Below, one piece after another: positions 18,276 through 29,619 of a stretch of 64,000 nucleotides of DNA (positions are counted from its first letter, which is position 1; every line of letters starts with the position of its first letter). The DNA is taken from contig PMNE01000065.1 in NCBI GenBank assembly GCA_003162635.1, positions 50,398-114,397 on the forward strand, written 5' to 3'. The notes under the pieces are model-generated. The model saw nothing but the letters and a program-made list of their open reading frames with translations. It was not told the origin of the DNA and searched no databases. The DNA is from Ignavibacteriota bacterium (lineage in GTDB: Bacteria; Bacteroidota; Ignavibacteria; UBA10030; UBA6906). A program made the translations under genes and the position numbers.

Positions 18276-19900
18276 ACAGAACGAAGAGCATCCGCAATCT
18301 CTCCGACGGAAGCATACGATGCCACCGCCCGGATGATGGGAGGGAGGAGATTCTCGTCTCCCGCGGCAGCGATCTTCACCGCATGGAGAGCCTCGCCGAC
18401 GGCTGCCGCATCCCTCGTCGCACGGGTCTTCCGCAGCCGTTCCAGTTGCCGCCGTGCACCGCCTTCGTCGATCTCCAGAAGAGCAGGCACAGGGTCGTGA
18501 TCGGCCCGGAAGGCGTTCACGCCGACGATCGTCTTCTCCCCGGACTCAACCGCCCGCTGGTGTGCATAGGCGCTCTCGGCGATCCGGGTCTGGTAAAACT
18601 TCTGCTCGATCGCCCTCACGGCTCCTCCGAGGACGTCGATTTTCCCGATGATGGCCGACGCCTCCTGTTCGATCCGATCGGTCAGCATTTCGACGGCATA
18701 GCTTCCCCCGAGCGGGTCCACCGTGTCGCAGATGCCGGATTCGTGGGCAATGATCTGCTGGGTCCTGAGTGCGAGGGTCGCCGACTCTTCCGTCGGCAGC
18801 GCCAGCGCTTCGTCGCGGCTGTTGGTATGGAGCGATTGACATCCTCCGAACACCGCGGCAAGAGCCTGAATGGTCACACGGACGACGTTGTTGTCGATCT
18901 GTTGCGCAGTGAGGGTCGATCCGCCGGTCTGCGCATGAAACCGGAGCTTCATCGTCTCCGGTTTCGTTGCGCCGAACCGTTCCTTCATGATCTTCGCCCA
19001 GAGGCGGCGCGCCGCCCGGAACTTCGCCACTTCCTCCAAAAAATCGTTGTGCGCGTTGAAAAAGAATGAGAGCTGCGACCCAAAGGCATCGACATCGAGG
19101 CCGGCGTCCAAGGCCGCCTGGACGTACGCGATCCCGTTCGCCAGCGTGAAGCCGAGTTCCTGCGCAGCCGTTGAACCTGCTTCACGGATGTGGTATCCGC
19201 TGATGGAGATGGTATTCCAGCGAGGAAGCTCTTTGCTGCACCAGGAGAATATGTCGGTCACCAGCCGGAGGGAAGGGGCGGGAGGAAAGATGTAAGTCCC
19301 GCGGGCGATGTATTCCTTGAGAATATCGTTCTGGACCGTTCCGGAAATCGCCCGCGGGTCGATCCCCCTTTTCTCCGCAAGCGCAACGTACATGGCCAGG
19401 AGGATCGGCGCTGTTGCATTGATGGTCATCGAGGTTGTCACCTTGTTCAGCGGAATGCCGTTGAACAACACCTCCATGTCTGCCAACGTGTCGATCGGGA
19501 CGCCCACTCTTCCCACCTCTCCTTCAGCAAGGGGGTGGTCCGAATCGTATCCCATTTGGGTGGGGAGATCAAAGGCGACGGAGAGTCCCGTTGTCCCGTT
19601 GTCCAGAAGATAGCGGTACCGTTCATTCGATTCCTCCGCTGAACCAAACCCCGCATACTGCCGCATCGTCCAGAACTGCGTTCGGTACATCGTCGGGTAC
19701 GGTCCCCGGGTGAACGGATACTCGCCCGGGAAGCCCAATGCGGCATCGTACTCCCGTTCACAAGGCAGGTAGACGCGCTCCAAGGGAATTCCCGCGTCGG
19801 TCCGGAAGAGCTTCTTTCGTTCGCCGCGTTTCTTCAGGAGAGGATCGACAAGGCGATCTTCCCACCGTTTTTTCTCATCCTCCATCGTGCTCCGCGCCAT
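18254..19900 (-). CDS. methylmalonyl-CoA mutase, catalytic (N-terminal TIM-barrel) subunit only
   Basis: ORF track from 20032; likely start [11 protein letters not shown] (19900). Strong MCM catalytic-domain similarity ([18 protein letters not shown]...[19 protein letters not shown]...); ends before any B12-binding domain. Confidence 0.85.
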   Translation of the reverse strand: MARSTMEDEKKRWEDRLVDPLLKKRGERKKLFRTDAGIPLERVYLPCEREYDAALGFPGEYPFTRGPYPTMYRTQFWTMRQYAGFGSAEESNERYRYLLDNGTTGLSVAFDLPTQMGYDSDHPLAEGEVGRVGVPIDTLADMEVLFNGIPLNKVTTSMTINATAPILLAMYVALAEKRGIDPRAISGTVQNDILKEYIARGTYIFPPAPSLRLVTDIFSWCSKELPRWNTISISGYHIREAGSTAAQELGFTLANGIAYVQAALDAGLDVDAFGSQLSFFFNAHNDFLEEVAKFRAARRLWAKIMKERFGATKPETMKLRFHAQTGGSTLTAQQIDNNVVRVTIQALAAVFGGCQSLHTNSRDEALALPTEESATLALRTQQIIAHESGICDTVDPLGGSYAVEMLTDRIEQEASAIIGKIDVLGGAVRAIEQKFYQTRIAESAYAHQRAVESGEKTIVGVNAFRADHDPVPALLEIDEGGARRQLERLRKTRATRDAAAVGEALHAVKIAAAGDENLLPPIIRAVASYASVGEIADALRSVWGEYAE

Positions 19901-19988
19901 AACGCCTTCGCAATTGATCCTGACCCGTGTGACGTGCATCCATGAAACAGCATGATAACCACAAGGGAAGCGAGAATCAAGATGCACA

Positions 19989-22424
19989 TCAGCGCCAGTG
20001 GACCTGCGTGAGGGTCGTTCCGTCTGTTTCAAACATCAGCGCACCCTCGCGATCGGTCCGCGCCACACTCGCGCCCTCTTCATCGTACCGGCGGATCACC
20101 ACACCCGACGGATGGTGGAACTTATTGTGGAGACCGACGGAAATGGCGACCCATGCGGGCCGCACCGCCGCAACAAAAGGGGCCGAACTGCTCGTGATGC
20201 TCCCGTGGTGACCGGCTTTCAGCAGCGACGATCGGAGGAAATCGCCGTACCGGGCGAGAAGATCCTCCTCCACGTCCTCCTCTGCATCGCCGGTCAACAG
20301 AAACGATACGTTGCCGTACTGCAGCTTGATCACCACCGACGTGTTATTGAGATTCGGTGTCGCGTGCGATGTATCGGCATCAACGAATCCGGCTCCGGGG
20401 GCCATGACATACCACCGGCTTCCTTGTCCCCCTTCCAGTATCATCCCCTGTTTGGCGACGACATGCGAGCAGCCGTTGGCCGCCACGGCGCGGAGGAACG
20501 CGTCATATTCCCGTGCGCGGATCGGCTGGCCGGCAGAAACGACCCGTCCCACGGCGAAGTGCCTCATCACCGAAGGAACGCCACCGATGTGATCATTGTG
20601 GGGATGCGTGACGACCAGGAGATCGATCTTCGCTATCCCCCGCCGCTTCAAGAAGGGAACAACGGTCTTCTCCCCCGTGTCAAAATCCGGCGTCCAAGGA
20701 CCTCCATCAATGAGCGCTGTCTCCCCGGATGGGAACTCCAGGAGCAGAGCATCCCCTTGCCCCACATCGATCACGCTGAGGCGGAGCCGCGCCGGATTGG
20801 CCGGATCCGCCGGGCGGACAAAGACAACTAAATTCACGCCGAGCAGAAAAGCGATGACCAGCGCACTTCTCGTTTCCCTTTCCCTCCAATGGAAGAGCAG
20901 ACCCACCGCCGCGTAGAACGGAAAAGCGTCGAGCAAGGTGAACCGGAGGGCGCTGACCGACGCCCACGGGAATGAAGCGGCCCAGCAGGCAGTCTGCAAT
21001 GTCCACCGCAGGACCACCGCATTGACGGTCCCGTAGATCCCGGAGAGCCATGGGCTGACAAGTCCGGTCCCCGCCCCCGCCGCACCGAGAATGACACTGA
21101 GGCCCGTTGCCGGGATGACCGGGATGTTTGCGAGGACGCTGATGACCGAGACACGGCCGAAGGAAAGGGCGGTCACCGGAATGGTACCGAGCGTGGCAAC
21201 GAATGACACGGCGCACATCCGGAGAAGCCAAATGATCGCCCTGTTCCACCATGCGTCCGTTTCCCACGGGGTGATCCACGCGTTTGCGCGCGGATAGAGG
21301 TGGATGATGGAAAGAACGGCGCCGAACGAGAGCTGGAAGCCGATGTCGAACAGTTGGCGCGCATCCCAGAGGAGAATAATGATGGCGGAGAGCCCAAGCG
21401 CATTATACCCATTCGACCGGACCTGCAGCACCCCTGCCAGGAGGTACATCATTGCCATGACGGTTGCCCGTACAACCGACGGCTGGCTCCCCGTGATCGC
21501 CATATAGAGGAGAAGCCCGGCCGCAACGACAACCGGGCGGAGGACTTTCGGCAGCCGGAGAAGGTCGTACAGGAACATGAGCATCATCGCGACAACAGCG
21601 ACGTTCGATCCGGAAACCGCGAGGACGTGCGCAACGCCTGAATCGATGAACGCCTGCTTTGTTTCCGCGCTGATCCCCGAGCGTTCGCCGATGAGGAGCC
21701 CCTTGAGAAACTCCCCTTCTTCGCCCCCCACTGTCGCATCGATCTCTGCCAGCAGGCCCGAACGAAGGGGGACAACGACCTCGCGCATGAGCCAGAGTCC
21801 TTCGCGCCCGCCGCTCACCGTCAGATGCGCCATCCCGCGGACGAACAACGAGCCCGAAATGCCGTTCGCGTCAAAGTACCGGCGCTGGCTGAACTCGCCG
21901 GGATTGCGTTCCGAACAGGGGAGGGAGATCGTCCCCGTCATCTTCACCCTCATCCCGTAGTCGAGATGGAGAACGATCGTGTCGGCCGCAACGGGTACGA
22001 CCGTCGCGGCAAAGGTGGCAGAGAGCGGGAGCGTTCCGTCGCTCGTACGGCACTCTATCCCCCGGAAGAGGAATCTCATCCTCCCTCCCAGCTTCGACGG
22101 CGTTTCCTGCACGACGCCGTCCACAGTGACGACCTCTTCGTCAAGCCGGGCAGGCAGAGAATCATCAGACGCCCGATCGAGCGAGAGACGAAGGGCTCCC
22201 ACGAAAAGGAGGAGGAAGAAGGCAAGTATCGAGAGCAGGGATTTCGCAGAGGCAGGAAGGAACCGGAGGGAGAGAACGAGGAGGGTGGTAAGAATGGCGA
22301 TAAGGACCTCAAGGGAGACGGTCGGAATCCCGGCGAGGTCGCCTGCAACAATGCCGCACGCAAGGAAGAACGCAATGCGGAGGGCGGGACAGAAAGATCT
22401 CCCTGCGTGGAGGGAAGGCTGCAC
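19989..22424 (-). CDS. comEC: DNA internalization competence protein ComEC/Rec2 (membrane domain + MBL-fold hydrolase)
   Basis: 811 aa; polytopic Competence domain and C-terminal metallo-beta-lactamase motif ([17 protein letters not shown]...[14 protein letters not shown]). Confidence 0.88.
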   Translation of the reverse strand: MQPSLHAGRSFCPALRIAFFLACGIVAGDLAGIPTVSLEVLIAILTTLLVLSLRFLPASAKSLLSILAFFLLLFVGALRLSLDRASDDSLPARLDEEVVTVDGVVQETPSKLGGRMRFLFRGIECRTSDGTLPLSATFAATVVPVAADTIVLHLDYGMRVKMTGTISLPCSERNPGEFSQRRYFDANGISGSLFVRGMAHLTVSGGREGLWLMREVVVPLRSGLLAEIDATVGGEEGEFLKGLLIGERSGISAETKQAFIDSGVAHVLAVSGSNVAVVAMMLMFLYDLLRLPKVLRPVVVAAGLLLYMAITGSQPSVVRATVMAMMYLLAGVLQVRSNGYNALGLSAIIILLWDARQLFDIGFQLSFGAVLSIIHLYPRANAWITPWETDAWWNRAIIWLLRMCAVSFVATLGTIPVTALSFGRVSVISVLANIPVIPATGLSVILGAAGAGTGLVSPWLSGIYGTVNAVVLRWTLQTACWAASFPWASVSALRFTLLDAFPFYAAVGLLFHWRERETRSALVIAFLLGVNLVVFVRPADPANPARLRLSVIDVGQGDALLLEFPSGETALIDGGPWTPDFDTGEKTVVPFLKRRGIAKIDLLVVTHPHNDHIGGVPSVMRHFAVGRVVSAGQPIRAREYDAFLRAVAANGCSHVVAKQGMILEGGQGSRWYVMAPGAGFVDADTSHATPNLNNTSVVIKLQYGNVSFLLTGDAEEDVEEDLLARYGDFLRSSLLKAGHHGSITSSSAPFVAAVRPAWVAISVGLHNKFHHPSGVVIRRYDEEGASVARTDREGALMFETDGTTLTQVHWR

Positions 22425-22484
22425 GATGCACCATGTCGACTGCGTGAGACAGGTGCGGCGTGCCCCCGGGCGTGCCGCTGCGGT

Positions 22485-23426
22485 TTAGCTTCTTGGCGCT
22501 CCGAAGAGCGCGTCCATGATGGCCGGAGTTACGATTGTCAGGTCCGGCTTTTCCTTTCGTCCCTTGGCATGGCGGGCCACGAATTCGCGATGACCGTCGC
22601 CATAGACAATCAGCGGGACCGGATTCCGCGTGTGCGTTTTCGTCGCCAGGTTTTCAATGTTTCCGTGGTCGCTCGTGATGAGCACCAGGGTCCGCGACGA
22701 ATCTATCGTCTCGACGATCCCCTCGAGGAGGCCGTCGAACTTCTCGAGAACGGAGACCGCTTCCTCCCGGCTCCTTGCATGGCCTGCGTGGTCCGTCTGC
22801 CAATATTCAAACAGAACAAAATCATGATTCTCCAGGAGGCGGACCAGCCGACGGCCTGCTTCCTGGGGGGGGACGATGGGCATCGCGGGATATCCAAGAG
22901 TTCTCCATCCCTCCCCCGTGATGTCCGCTGAAACGCCTCTCCCCGCTTCCAGATCCGTCGCGCGGCGCAAGGGAAGATCCGACGACAGGGAAGCCATGGT
23001 CGTCACGGTCATGCGCCCCCGCCCGTGTTCGATATAGTCAAAGAACCTTTGGGGAAACGCATTGGCGAAGCACGGCGCCTTCCCCCCCTCCTTCACCCGG
23101 CGGAAAACATTCCGCTCGCGGATGATCGGCTTCAGAGTGGAATAGGGGTAAGGGCCGAAATGGCGCCCGGCGATCTTCGCGCCGTTCGCGCCGGTGAAGA
23201 GCGCAGTTTGCCCTGTACCGCTCTGAGGGAGACCGGGAACGCCGAGCGTGGCATCCAGGGGGGTTGCAGTTGCCCTGGCCGCAATGCAGATGCGGTTCCG
23301 CAAAGAAGGGAGTTCACCGTCGAGGATGGAACGGAGCGTTTTCATCGGCGCCGCAAAGAGGGGATTCACCGACGGATCCCTGGCACCGATCCCCACACCG
23401 TCGAGAAAGAGCATGACGATCTTCAT
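22485..23426 (-). CDS. alkaline-phosphatase-superfamily metalloenzyme (cofactor-independent phosphoglycerate mutase/phosphopentomutase-like core)
   Basis: 313 aa; N-terminal MLFLDGVGIG and C-terminal LVLITSDHGN metal-binding motifs typical of PF01676 metalloenzyme domain. Confidence 0.55.
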   Translation of the reverse strand: MKIVMLFLDGVGIGARDPSVNPLFAAPMKTLRSILDGELPSLRNRICIAARATATPLDATLGVPGLPQSGTGQTALFTGANGAKIAGRHFGPYPYSTLKPIIRERNVFRRVKEGGKAPCFANAFPQRFFDYIEHGRGRMTVTTMASLSSDLPLRRATDLEAGRGVSADITGEGWRTLGYPAMPIVPPQEAGRRLVRLLENHDFVLFEYWQTDHAGHARSREEAVSVLEKFDGLLEGIVETIDSSRTLVLITSDHGNIENLATKTHTRNPVPLIVYGDGHREFVARHAKGRKEKPDLTIVTPAIMDALFGAPRS

Positions 23427-23457
23427 TCACGTCCCTTGGCCCCCAGGACAGCCCTCG

Positions 23458-24231
23458 TCACTTGAACGAAGCCGTTCGTGACGCGATATACTTCGCCCAC
23501 TCCTTCTCGATCGCCGTGTAGTCCTGGTTGTAGACCCTCTTGAAGACGACGTCGATTCCGGTCATCCCGTCGAAATTCCTGAAGACGTGAAAGGCCTTCT
23601 TCTCGCCGTACTTTTGGACGAAAAAGGTCATGGTGGCACCGAGGATGAAATGCACGTCGTCGCGCTGCGGGGGATTGGGGTACTGCTGGATGTCCTGATT
23701 GAGATCGGAGAAGGCGGAGAGACGCGCCCCGAGCGGAGGCGTCATGCCTGCAGTCTCAGCGGAATAATAGGCGGCGAAGGACTCGGCAAGCCATCGCGGG
23801 CATCCCTTCTGGACGCTCTGTTCGAGAATTGCGAGCGCGAGCTCATACGTGATCGATTTCTCAAAGATGTTCCGGGTCACCAGCTCGGAGACCGGCTGCA
23901 GGTACAGGATGCCGTGGGTATAGAATGCTCCCCGCCAGGACCGTTGGTGCGTCGATTCGGAGAGAAATTTTCCTACAGATTCATACATGCGCACCTCCAG
24001 CTTCGTGCGCAGATCCAGTCCGAGGTCCCCGCTCAGAGCATTGTATTCCGCCTGGAGAAAGTCAAGGACTTTCCGTGCATCCTCCACATCCACCCCACGT
24101 TGATACCTTACGTCGAAATGGGCGCCACTGAGAGTTCCAAACGCGTCCTGGGCACGGGCTCCGCCCGCAAGCAACGCACACAGGGTGATAATCAGTGGAA
24201 CCATCGCGTGCACACGAATCTTCGGAATCAT
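23458..24231 (-). CDS. secreted hypothetical protein
   Basis: 257 aa; N-terminal signal peptide (LIITLCALLAGGARAQD); no motif recognised. Confidence 0.5.
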   Translation of the reverse strand: MIPKIRVHAMVPLIITLCALLAGGARAQDAFGTLSGAHFDVRYQRGVDVEDARKVLDFLQAEYNALSGDLGLDLRTKLEVRMYESVGKFLSESTHQRSWRGAFYTHGILYLQPVSELVTRNIFEKSITYELALAILEQSVQKGCPRWLAESFAAYYSAETAGMTPPLGARLSAFSDLNQDIQQYPNPPQRDDVHFILGATMTFFVQKYGEKKAFHVFRNFDGMTGIDVVFKRVYNQDYTAIEKEWAKYIASRTASFK

Positions 24232-24704
24232 GTCGGAGCACTCCTTGGCTTGTTGTGGATTGTGCTTTCCAAGAGAATTGTTACAGGACCATCATTGACG
24301 AGAGCAACCGCCATCCTCGCACGGAATTCCCCCGTGCAGACCGCCTCCTCCCCCAGATTCTCCTTCATCCGCTTCACAAAACAACTGTAGAGCGGAAGAG
24401 CTTCGTCAGGAGGCGCCGCATCGCCGAACCCGGGACGATTGCCATGCTGCGCGTCCGCATACAGGGTGAACTGCGAAACGACCAGCGCTTCGCCGCCTGC
24501 ATCCTTCAAGGAGAGGTTCATCTTCCCTGCCGCATCCTCCATGACCCGGAGGGCTGAGCACTTGTCGGCAAGGAAGCGCGCATCGTCCATCGTATCCCCC
24601 GCACGCACCCCGAGCAAGACAACATATCCCGCCCCGATAGATGAACGAACCGCTCCGTCAATCGAGACGGACCCGCTGGACACCCGCTGGACGAGGGCTC
24701 TCAT
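24228..24704 (-). CDS. dtd: D-aminoacyl-tRNA deacylase
   Basis: Start at ATG 24704 (MRALVQRVS...), ATGA overlap with prmC stop; Dtd motifs SQFTLYAD, conserved C-terminal proline-rich loop. Confidence 0.88.
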   Translation of the reverse strand: MRALVQRVSSGSVSIDGAVRSSIGAGYVVLLGVRAGDTMDDARFLADKCSALRVMEDAAGKMNLSLKDAGGEALVVSQFTLYADAQHGNRPGFGDAAPPDEALPLYSCFVKRMKENLGEEAVCTGEFRARMAVALVNDGPVTILLESTIHNKPRSAPT

Positions 24705-25591
24705 GAGCCTTCCCACACAGCGATCAGCACCCGGGGAACGCCCACAAAATCGCGCCGGACATCGACCTGTCGGAGACCCGCTGCCGACGCAAGAGCCCGC
24801 GCATCCCCTTCCTGACCGTAGGCAATTTCCATGGCGACGGCACCGCCTGGCACGAGATGCTTCGGAGCCACGCCAAGAATCCGCCGGATGAATTTGAGCC
24901 CGTCCCCGCCGTCGGTGACCGCCTGCCGCGGCTCGTAGTTCCGGATCTCCTCCTGGACACTCTCAAAGTCGTGCAACGACACATACGGAGGGTTCGCGAC
25001 GATCATATCAAACCGCCAATCGGCCGGGAGGTCACCCAGCACGTCCCAGCGCTGGAACGAAATATTGTGCACGCCGTGTGCCTCGGCATTGGCCCGTGCA
25101 ACATCAAGAGCGTCGGTACTGACGTCGACTGCAGTGACGGTTGCGCGGGGAAGGGATTTCGCGAGCGCCACGGCCATATTCCCGGAACCGGTCCCGATAT
25201 CAAGGATCGTCAGCGACTGTCCGTTGCGGCTGCGCAGAGCATCGAGAGCGCAAGAGACGACATCCTCGGTCTCCGGCCGGGGGATCAAGACACGTTTGTC
25301 CACGGCGATCCGGAGCCCCATGAATTCACACTCACCGACGATATATTGCAGCGGTTCGTGAGCGAGTCGCCGCTGGAACGCCCCTTTGAATCGTGCCAGC
25401 TCTTCCTGATTCAATGGTCGGTCGAACTGAAGATACAGGTTCAACCGGGGAAGTCCCAACACGTGGGAGAGGAGCAATTCCGATGTCAGGCGCGATTCGT
25501 CAAATCCCTTCTGCGCGAGAAATCCGTCAGCCCACTGCAACAGTGAAAGAACAGTCCATGTCGTTACTTTTCCCTGAAGCACTGGAGTCAT
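24701..25591 (-). CDS. prmC: release factor glutamine N5-methyltransferase PrmC/HemK
   Basis: ORF track from 25726; start MTPVLQG (25591) fits PrmC N-terminus. SAM motif DIGTGSGNMAV and NPPY. Confidence 0.85.
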   Translation of the reverse strand: MTPVLQGKVTTWTVLSLLQWADGFLAQKGFDESRLTSELLLSHVLGLPRLNLYLQFDRPLNQEELARFKGAFQRRLAHEPLQYIVGECEFMGLRIAVDKRVLIPRPETEDVVSCALDALRSRNGQSLTILDIGTGSGNMAVALAKSLPRATVTAVDVSTDALDVARANAEAHGVHNISFQRWDVLGDLPADWRFDMIVANPPYVSLHDFESVQEEIRNYEPRQAVTDGGDGLKFIRRILGVAPKHLVPGGAVAMEIAYGQEGDARALASAAGLRQVDVRRDFVGVPRVLIAVWEGS

Positions 25592-25688
25592 CGCAGTTTC
25601 AATATAGCAGGGGGGTGTTGGAAATGCAATCGACGCCTGGCGGCGGCCCCCGCCCGGAATGCAGCCCTGTTCAGGGCGAAAGGTATTT

Positions 25689-26951
25689 TCAGTGGGGAGA
25701 TCCATGGCGCACGGGCTCCTCGACACGAAAAAGGAGAATCAGGATACCGGCGATGGAAAACGCCGCACCGATGGCAAAGACCGTTTTCAGCCCCCACCGG
25801 GCGCCGAGGATTCCCCCCAGCATCCCGCAGAGATACAGGGGTGCAAGGACGGTGTTCATCAGGCCGATGTATGTGGAACGCTTCTTGACGGGGCCGAATT
25901 CGATCGATATGCTGTACCGTGCCATTGTTTCCGTTCCGACATTGACGCCGAGGAAGAGGTATACCAGAACGTACCACCCAACGGTGGGAGCGACCAGGGC
26001 CGTCAGGCTCGCACAAAGAAGGGCCGCTGCCGCGATGACGAGCACCGATTTGTTCCCAAATCGGTCGGCGATGAAACCGTTGATAGGGGCGCTCACCATC
26101 TGCACCGCCACCATCATCATCGTGAACTCGCCGACGTTGGCTTCGGTTGCTCCGAGGCTCTGAAGGGCATGAACCGTAAAAAAGCCGATCGGCATCGTCG
26201 CAACGGTCAGCACCATCGACGCCTCCAGGAATCTCCGGAACGGGGGATTGTTCCTCAGAATGTCCGGCAGTTCCCTGAGGAACGTGATGACCGGCCGGCG
26301 GGTGTGAACCACACTCGGTTCCGCTTCCACCAGGAAGACCTGCAACGTGAACGACACGGCCTGCAACACAAACGCAACAAGGATCGCCGCGACGAAACTG
26401 AAGGGAAAGAGGAATCTCCCGAGAAACCATGTGAGGATGAAGCCGCACACCAGCGCTCCTCCCCCTCCCATCGACGTTCGGATCCCGATGAGGCGTCCCC
26501 GCTGATTGGGAGACGTCACCTTGGCAAAGAGGTCAAACCACCCCGGCGTTGCAATCCCGATCGCCGACTGCATCAGCATATAGAGGAAGAGGAACAGGCC
26601 CAGCGCGAGTGCCGGGGATGTTCCCCCAAAGGCGAAGACGGCGCCGGCCATCACCAGGAGAAGAGATCGGTGCACCGCTCCCCACGTGAGAGCCCAGCGT
26701 TTCTTCCACGCGTGTGTTTCGACATACCGGGCAGAGAGCAACTGCGGGAGAAAAACGCATGCATACACCATGACGCCAAGCGCCCCCACCGCAATCTCCC
26801 CTCCCCCCAATCGCGCCACCAGGGCCGGGAGGACGGTCTGCGGATTCACGAATGCCCCCGAGGAGGAGAAGATTGCTCCCTCGGCTGCATTCAGCACGAA
26901 ATTGCGTTTTCTGAGCCGGTTCGGTTCCGGAGATTCCCGCGCAACCGTCAC
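25689..26951 (-). CDS. MFS transporter
   Basis: 420 aa; 12-TM profile. Confidence 0.8.
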   Translation of the reverse strand: MTVARESPEPNRLRKRNFVLNAAEGAIFSSSGAFVNPQTVLPALVARLGGGEIAVGALGVMVYACVFLPQLLSARYVETHAWKKRWALTWGAVHRSLLLVMAGAVFAFGGTSPALALGLFLFLYMLMQSAIGIATPGWFDLFAKVTSPNQRGRLIGIRTSMGGGGALVCGFILTWFLGRFLFPFSFVAAILVAFVLQAVSFTLQVFLVEAEPSVVHTRRPVITFLRELPDILRNNPPFRRFLEASMVLTVATMPIGFFTVHALQSLGATEANVGEFTMMMVAVQMVSAPINGFIADRFGNKSVLVIAAAALLCASLTALVAPTVGWYVLVYLFLGVNVGTETMARYSISIEFGPVKKRSTYIGLMNTVLAPLYLCGMLGGILGARWGLKTVFAIGAAFSIAGILILLFRVEEPVRHGSPH

Positions 26952-28657
26952 TTCACTGCCACGCTTTGGACGGCCGGAGTATAGACGATGGATCCGCCGA
27001 TCATGGTCATTTCCACGGAGGTGTCAAGGATCTCACGGGGTTCCACTGTCATGATGTCTTTCGATAATACAACCATGTCCGCCCATTTTCCCGGTTCGAT
27101 GCTCCCCTTGTCCTTTTCCTGGAACCCCGCATAGGCACCCCAGAGCGTAAACGACTTCAGGGCTTCACTGCGGGTCATGCATTGTTCGGGGAACCACCCG
27201 CCCGCGGGTTTCCCGTTCCGGTCCTGTCGGGTGATAGCGGCATAGAAGCCGAGGAGGGGATTCGGGCTTTCGACCGGAAAGTCGGACCCACCGGGGATGA
27301 TGCTTCCGTGATCCAGGAGAGAACGCCACGCGTACGCACCGAGGATCCTCTTGGGACCGAGGCGCGCTTCGGCCCATCGCATATCCGACGTGGCGTGGGT
27401 CGGCTGCATCATCGGGAGAATGCCGAGCTGTGCAAACCGCGGGATGTCAGTTGCGGACAGGACCTGGGCGTGCTCGATCCTCCACCGCCTGTCGCCATGA
27501 CCTGCCGGATCGGATTTCAGCGCTTCTGCGTACACATCCAGGACAATCGCATTGGCCCGATCGCCGATGGCGTGCGTGCACATCTGGAATCCGGAGGAGA
27601 GGGCTTCCCGCGCGGCCTTGAGAAGATCGGCCTGTGAGACGAGGGTCAAGCCCCTGTTGCCCGGATCGTCGTCATACGGTTCAAGGAGAGCCGCCCCCCG
27701 GGAACCGAGCGCGCCGTCTGCGTAGAACTTCACTCCCCGGATCGTCAGGCGTCCGCCGCAATCATTGATGACGGGGCCGGACTTCCGATACATTTCCCAT
27801 GTCGAGGCGGACATCCCGTCCACCGCGATGACCATACGAAGCTGGATCCTCCCTGCGGTGATAAGCTGCCGCGTCATATCGATACCCGCAGAATCAACTC
27901 CCATGTCGTGCACTTCGGTCAGGCCGTTTGCCAGACAGACATCGGCTGCTTTCTTCAGTGCATCCATCCTCTCTTCGGTCGTCGGCGGAGGAAGGACCGC
28001 TTCCAGGGGCAGGATTGCATTGTCCACAAAGACACCGGTTGCCTCTCCGCGTGCATCGCGCACGATCCGCCCTCCCGGCGTGTCGGGTGTGGTCCTGGTG
28101 ATCCCCGCGAGAGTCATCGCCTTCCTGTTGACCCAGACCGCATGCCCATCCACGCGCAAGAGAAAGACAGGAGCATCGGGGGATGCACGGTCAAGGACTC
28201 CGTGGGTTGGCAGATTTTTCCCGTGCCACCGTGTCTGGTCCCACCCCCTCCCCCTTATCCAACCGCCCGGCACGGTGCTCCGCACCGCCGCGGCGACCAG
28301 TGACGCGGCCTCTTCCGGAGACTCCGCACCTGTAAGATCCACCTCCTTGATCGATGCACCGAGCCCCTCGAGATGTGCGTGGGAGTCGATAAATCCCGGA
28401 TACATCGCCCTGCCCCGGAGATCGATCACCCGATCGGCAGTGAACCGCCGGAGGATTTCCTCGTTCGTGCCGACTCCGACGATGCGGTCCCCATCAATCG
28501 CCACTGCTTCCGCACGCGGCTGCCGATCATTGACGGTGTGCACTGTGCCGTTGACGAACAGCATGGTGACGCCTCTTTGCATGGTGTGTTGCAGAATGAG
28601 CGAGAGCACGATTCCAGCGGCGGTGAGAATCCCGAGAATTCCAAGCGCCTGCTTCAT
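26948..28657 (-). CDS. amidohydrolase-3 family metal-dependent hydrolase (periplasmic, TIM barrel)
   Basis: ORF track extends to 29020 but the extension overlaps mazG on the other strand; start MKQALGILG at 28657 with signal peptide; HAHLEG and HAIGD metal-ligand motifs. Confidence 0.8.
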   Translation of the reverse strand: MKQALGILGILTAAGIVLSLILQHTMQRGVTMLFVNGTVHTVNDRQPRAEAVAIDGDRIVGVGTNEEILRRFTADRVIDLRGRAMYPGFIDSHAHLEGLGASIKEVDLTGAESPEEAASLVAAAVRSTVPGGWIRGRGWDQTRWHGKNLPTHGVLDRASPDAPVFLLRVDGHAVWVNRKAMTLAGITRTTPDTPGGRIVRDARGEATGVFVDNAILPLEAVLPPPTTEERMDALKKAADVCLANGLTEVHDMGVDSAGIDMTRQLITAGRIQLRMVIAVDGMSASTWEMYRKSGPVINDCGGRLTIRGVKFYADGALGSRGAALLEPYDDDPGNRGLTLVSQADLLKAAREALSSGFQMCTHAIGDRANAIVLDVYAEALKSDPAGHGDRRWRIEHAQVLSATDIPRFAQLGILPMMQPTHATSDMRWAEARLGPKRILGAYAWRSLLDHGSIIPGGSDFPVESPNPLLGFYAAITRQDRNGKPAGGWFPEQCMTRSEALKSFTLWGAYAGFQEKDKGSIEPGKWADMVVLSKDIMTVEPREILDTSVEMTMIGGSIVYTPAVQSVAVK

Positions 28658-28797
28658 GGAGGACCCCCTGTCGAGACTGTTCGACGAACGGTTGGAGGGA
28701 AAATATAGAAAACCCCGCCGCGAGAATCCACAGGCGTTGCATCTCAGGGCGGCAATCGGTACGTTGACAGGAATCAGCCCACATTCTCCCCATCCCC

Positions 28798-29595
28798 ATG
28801 CCCCGTCACCGTCTTCCTTCCATTCCATCGAAAGAATTCTCCAGGTTTGTTGCCATCGTCCGGCGCCTGCGGAAGGAGTGTCCGTGGGACAGAAGGCAGA
28901 CGCATCGTTCCCTCCGGGAGGGTCTGCTTGAGGAGACGTATGAGGTGATCGAAACGCTGGATCGGGGTGACATGCGGGAACTGGAGAAGGAACTCGGCGA
29001 CCTGCTGCTGCACGTCGCACTGCACGCAGCGATCGCAGAAGAGAAGGGGGAATTCGCCTGGGAGAACGTGCTCCGCGGAATCAACCGGAAGTTAATCCGC
29101 CGCCACCCGCACGTCTTCGGAACGGCAAAGGCTGCGGGGGCGAAAGATGTCGCGCGAGCATGGGAAAAGACCAAACTGCAGGAAGGGCGCACCTCGCTTC
29201 TGGAGGGGGTCCCGCGGGCAATGCCTGCGCTGCAGCGGGCGTTGCGGGTACAGCAGCGGGCGTCGCATGCGGGGTTCGACTGGAGCAAGGTGGACGATGT
29301 CTGGGCAAAAGTGAGGGAGGAAGTCGAGGAGCTTCGCGTCGCCGCGACGCGGGGGAAGAAGCGCGCACGCGAGGAGGAGTTTGGCGATTTCCTCTTCTCG
29401 CTTGTCAATTTCTCCCGTTTTCTCGGGATCAATCCGGAGCACGCGTTGCGTGCGACCGTTGACAAGTTTACGACCCGCTTTCAGTACATCGAAACGGAGC
29501 TACTCCGGCAGGGACGCGACATTCACGGAGCGACGCTTGCCGAGATGGATGTCCTCTGGACCGAGGCAAAGAAACGGCGGCGATCGCGCTCCTGA
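28798..29595 (+). CDS. mazG: nucleoside triphosphate pyrophosphohydrolase MazG
   Basis: 265 aa; MazG N-terminus (RLRKECPWD) and EEVEEL motifs. Confidence 0.88.
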   Translation: MPRHRLPSIPSKEFSRFVAIVRRLRKECPWDRRQTHRSLREGLLEETYEVIETLDRGDMRELEKELGDLLLHVALHAAIAEEKGEFAWENVLRGINRKLIRRHPHVFGTAKAAGAKDVARAWEKTKLQEGRTSLLEGVPRAMPALQRALRVQQRASHAGFDWSKVDDVWAKVREEVEELRVAATRGKKRAREEEFGDFLFSLVNFSRFLGINPEHALRATVDKFTTRFQYIETELLRQGRDIHGATLAEMDVLWTEAKKRRRSRS

Positions 29596-29619
29596 ACGGA
29601 ACGGGACCGTCCCGCTGCA

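Noticed and set aside
28658-29020. 121-aa N-terminal extension of the amidohydrolase ORF
   Set aside because: Overlaps mazG coding sequence on the opposite strand and lacks protein-like composition; internal ATG at 28657 followed by a signal peptide is the credible start.
29596-29619. GGGACCGTCCC palindrome between convergent mazG and phoH
   Set aside because: Centre-symmetric with 1-nt spacer cannot form a stable hairpin loop; too short for a bidirectional terminator call.
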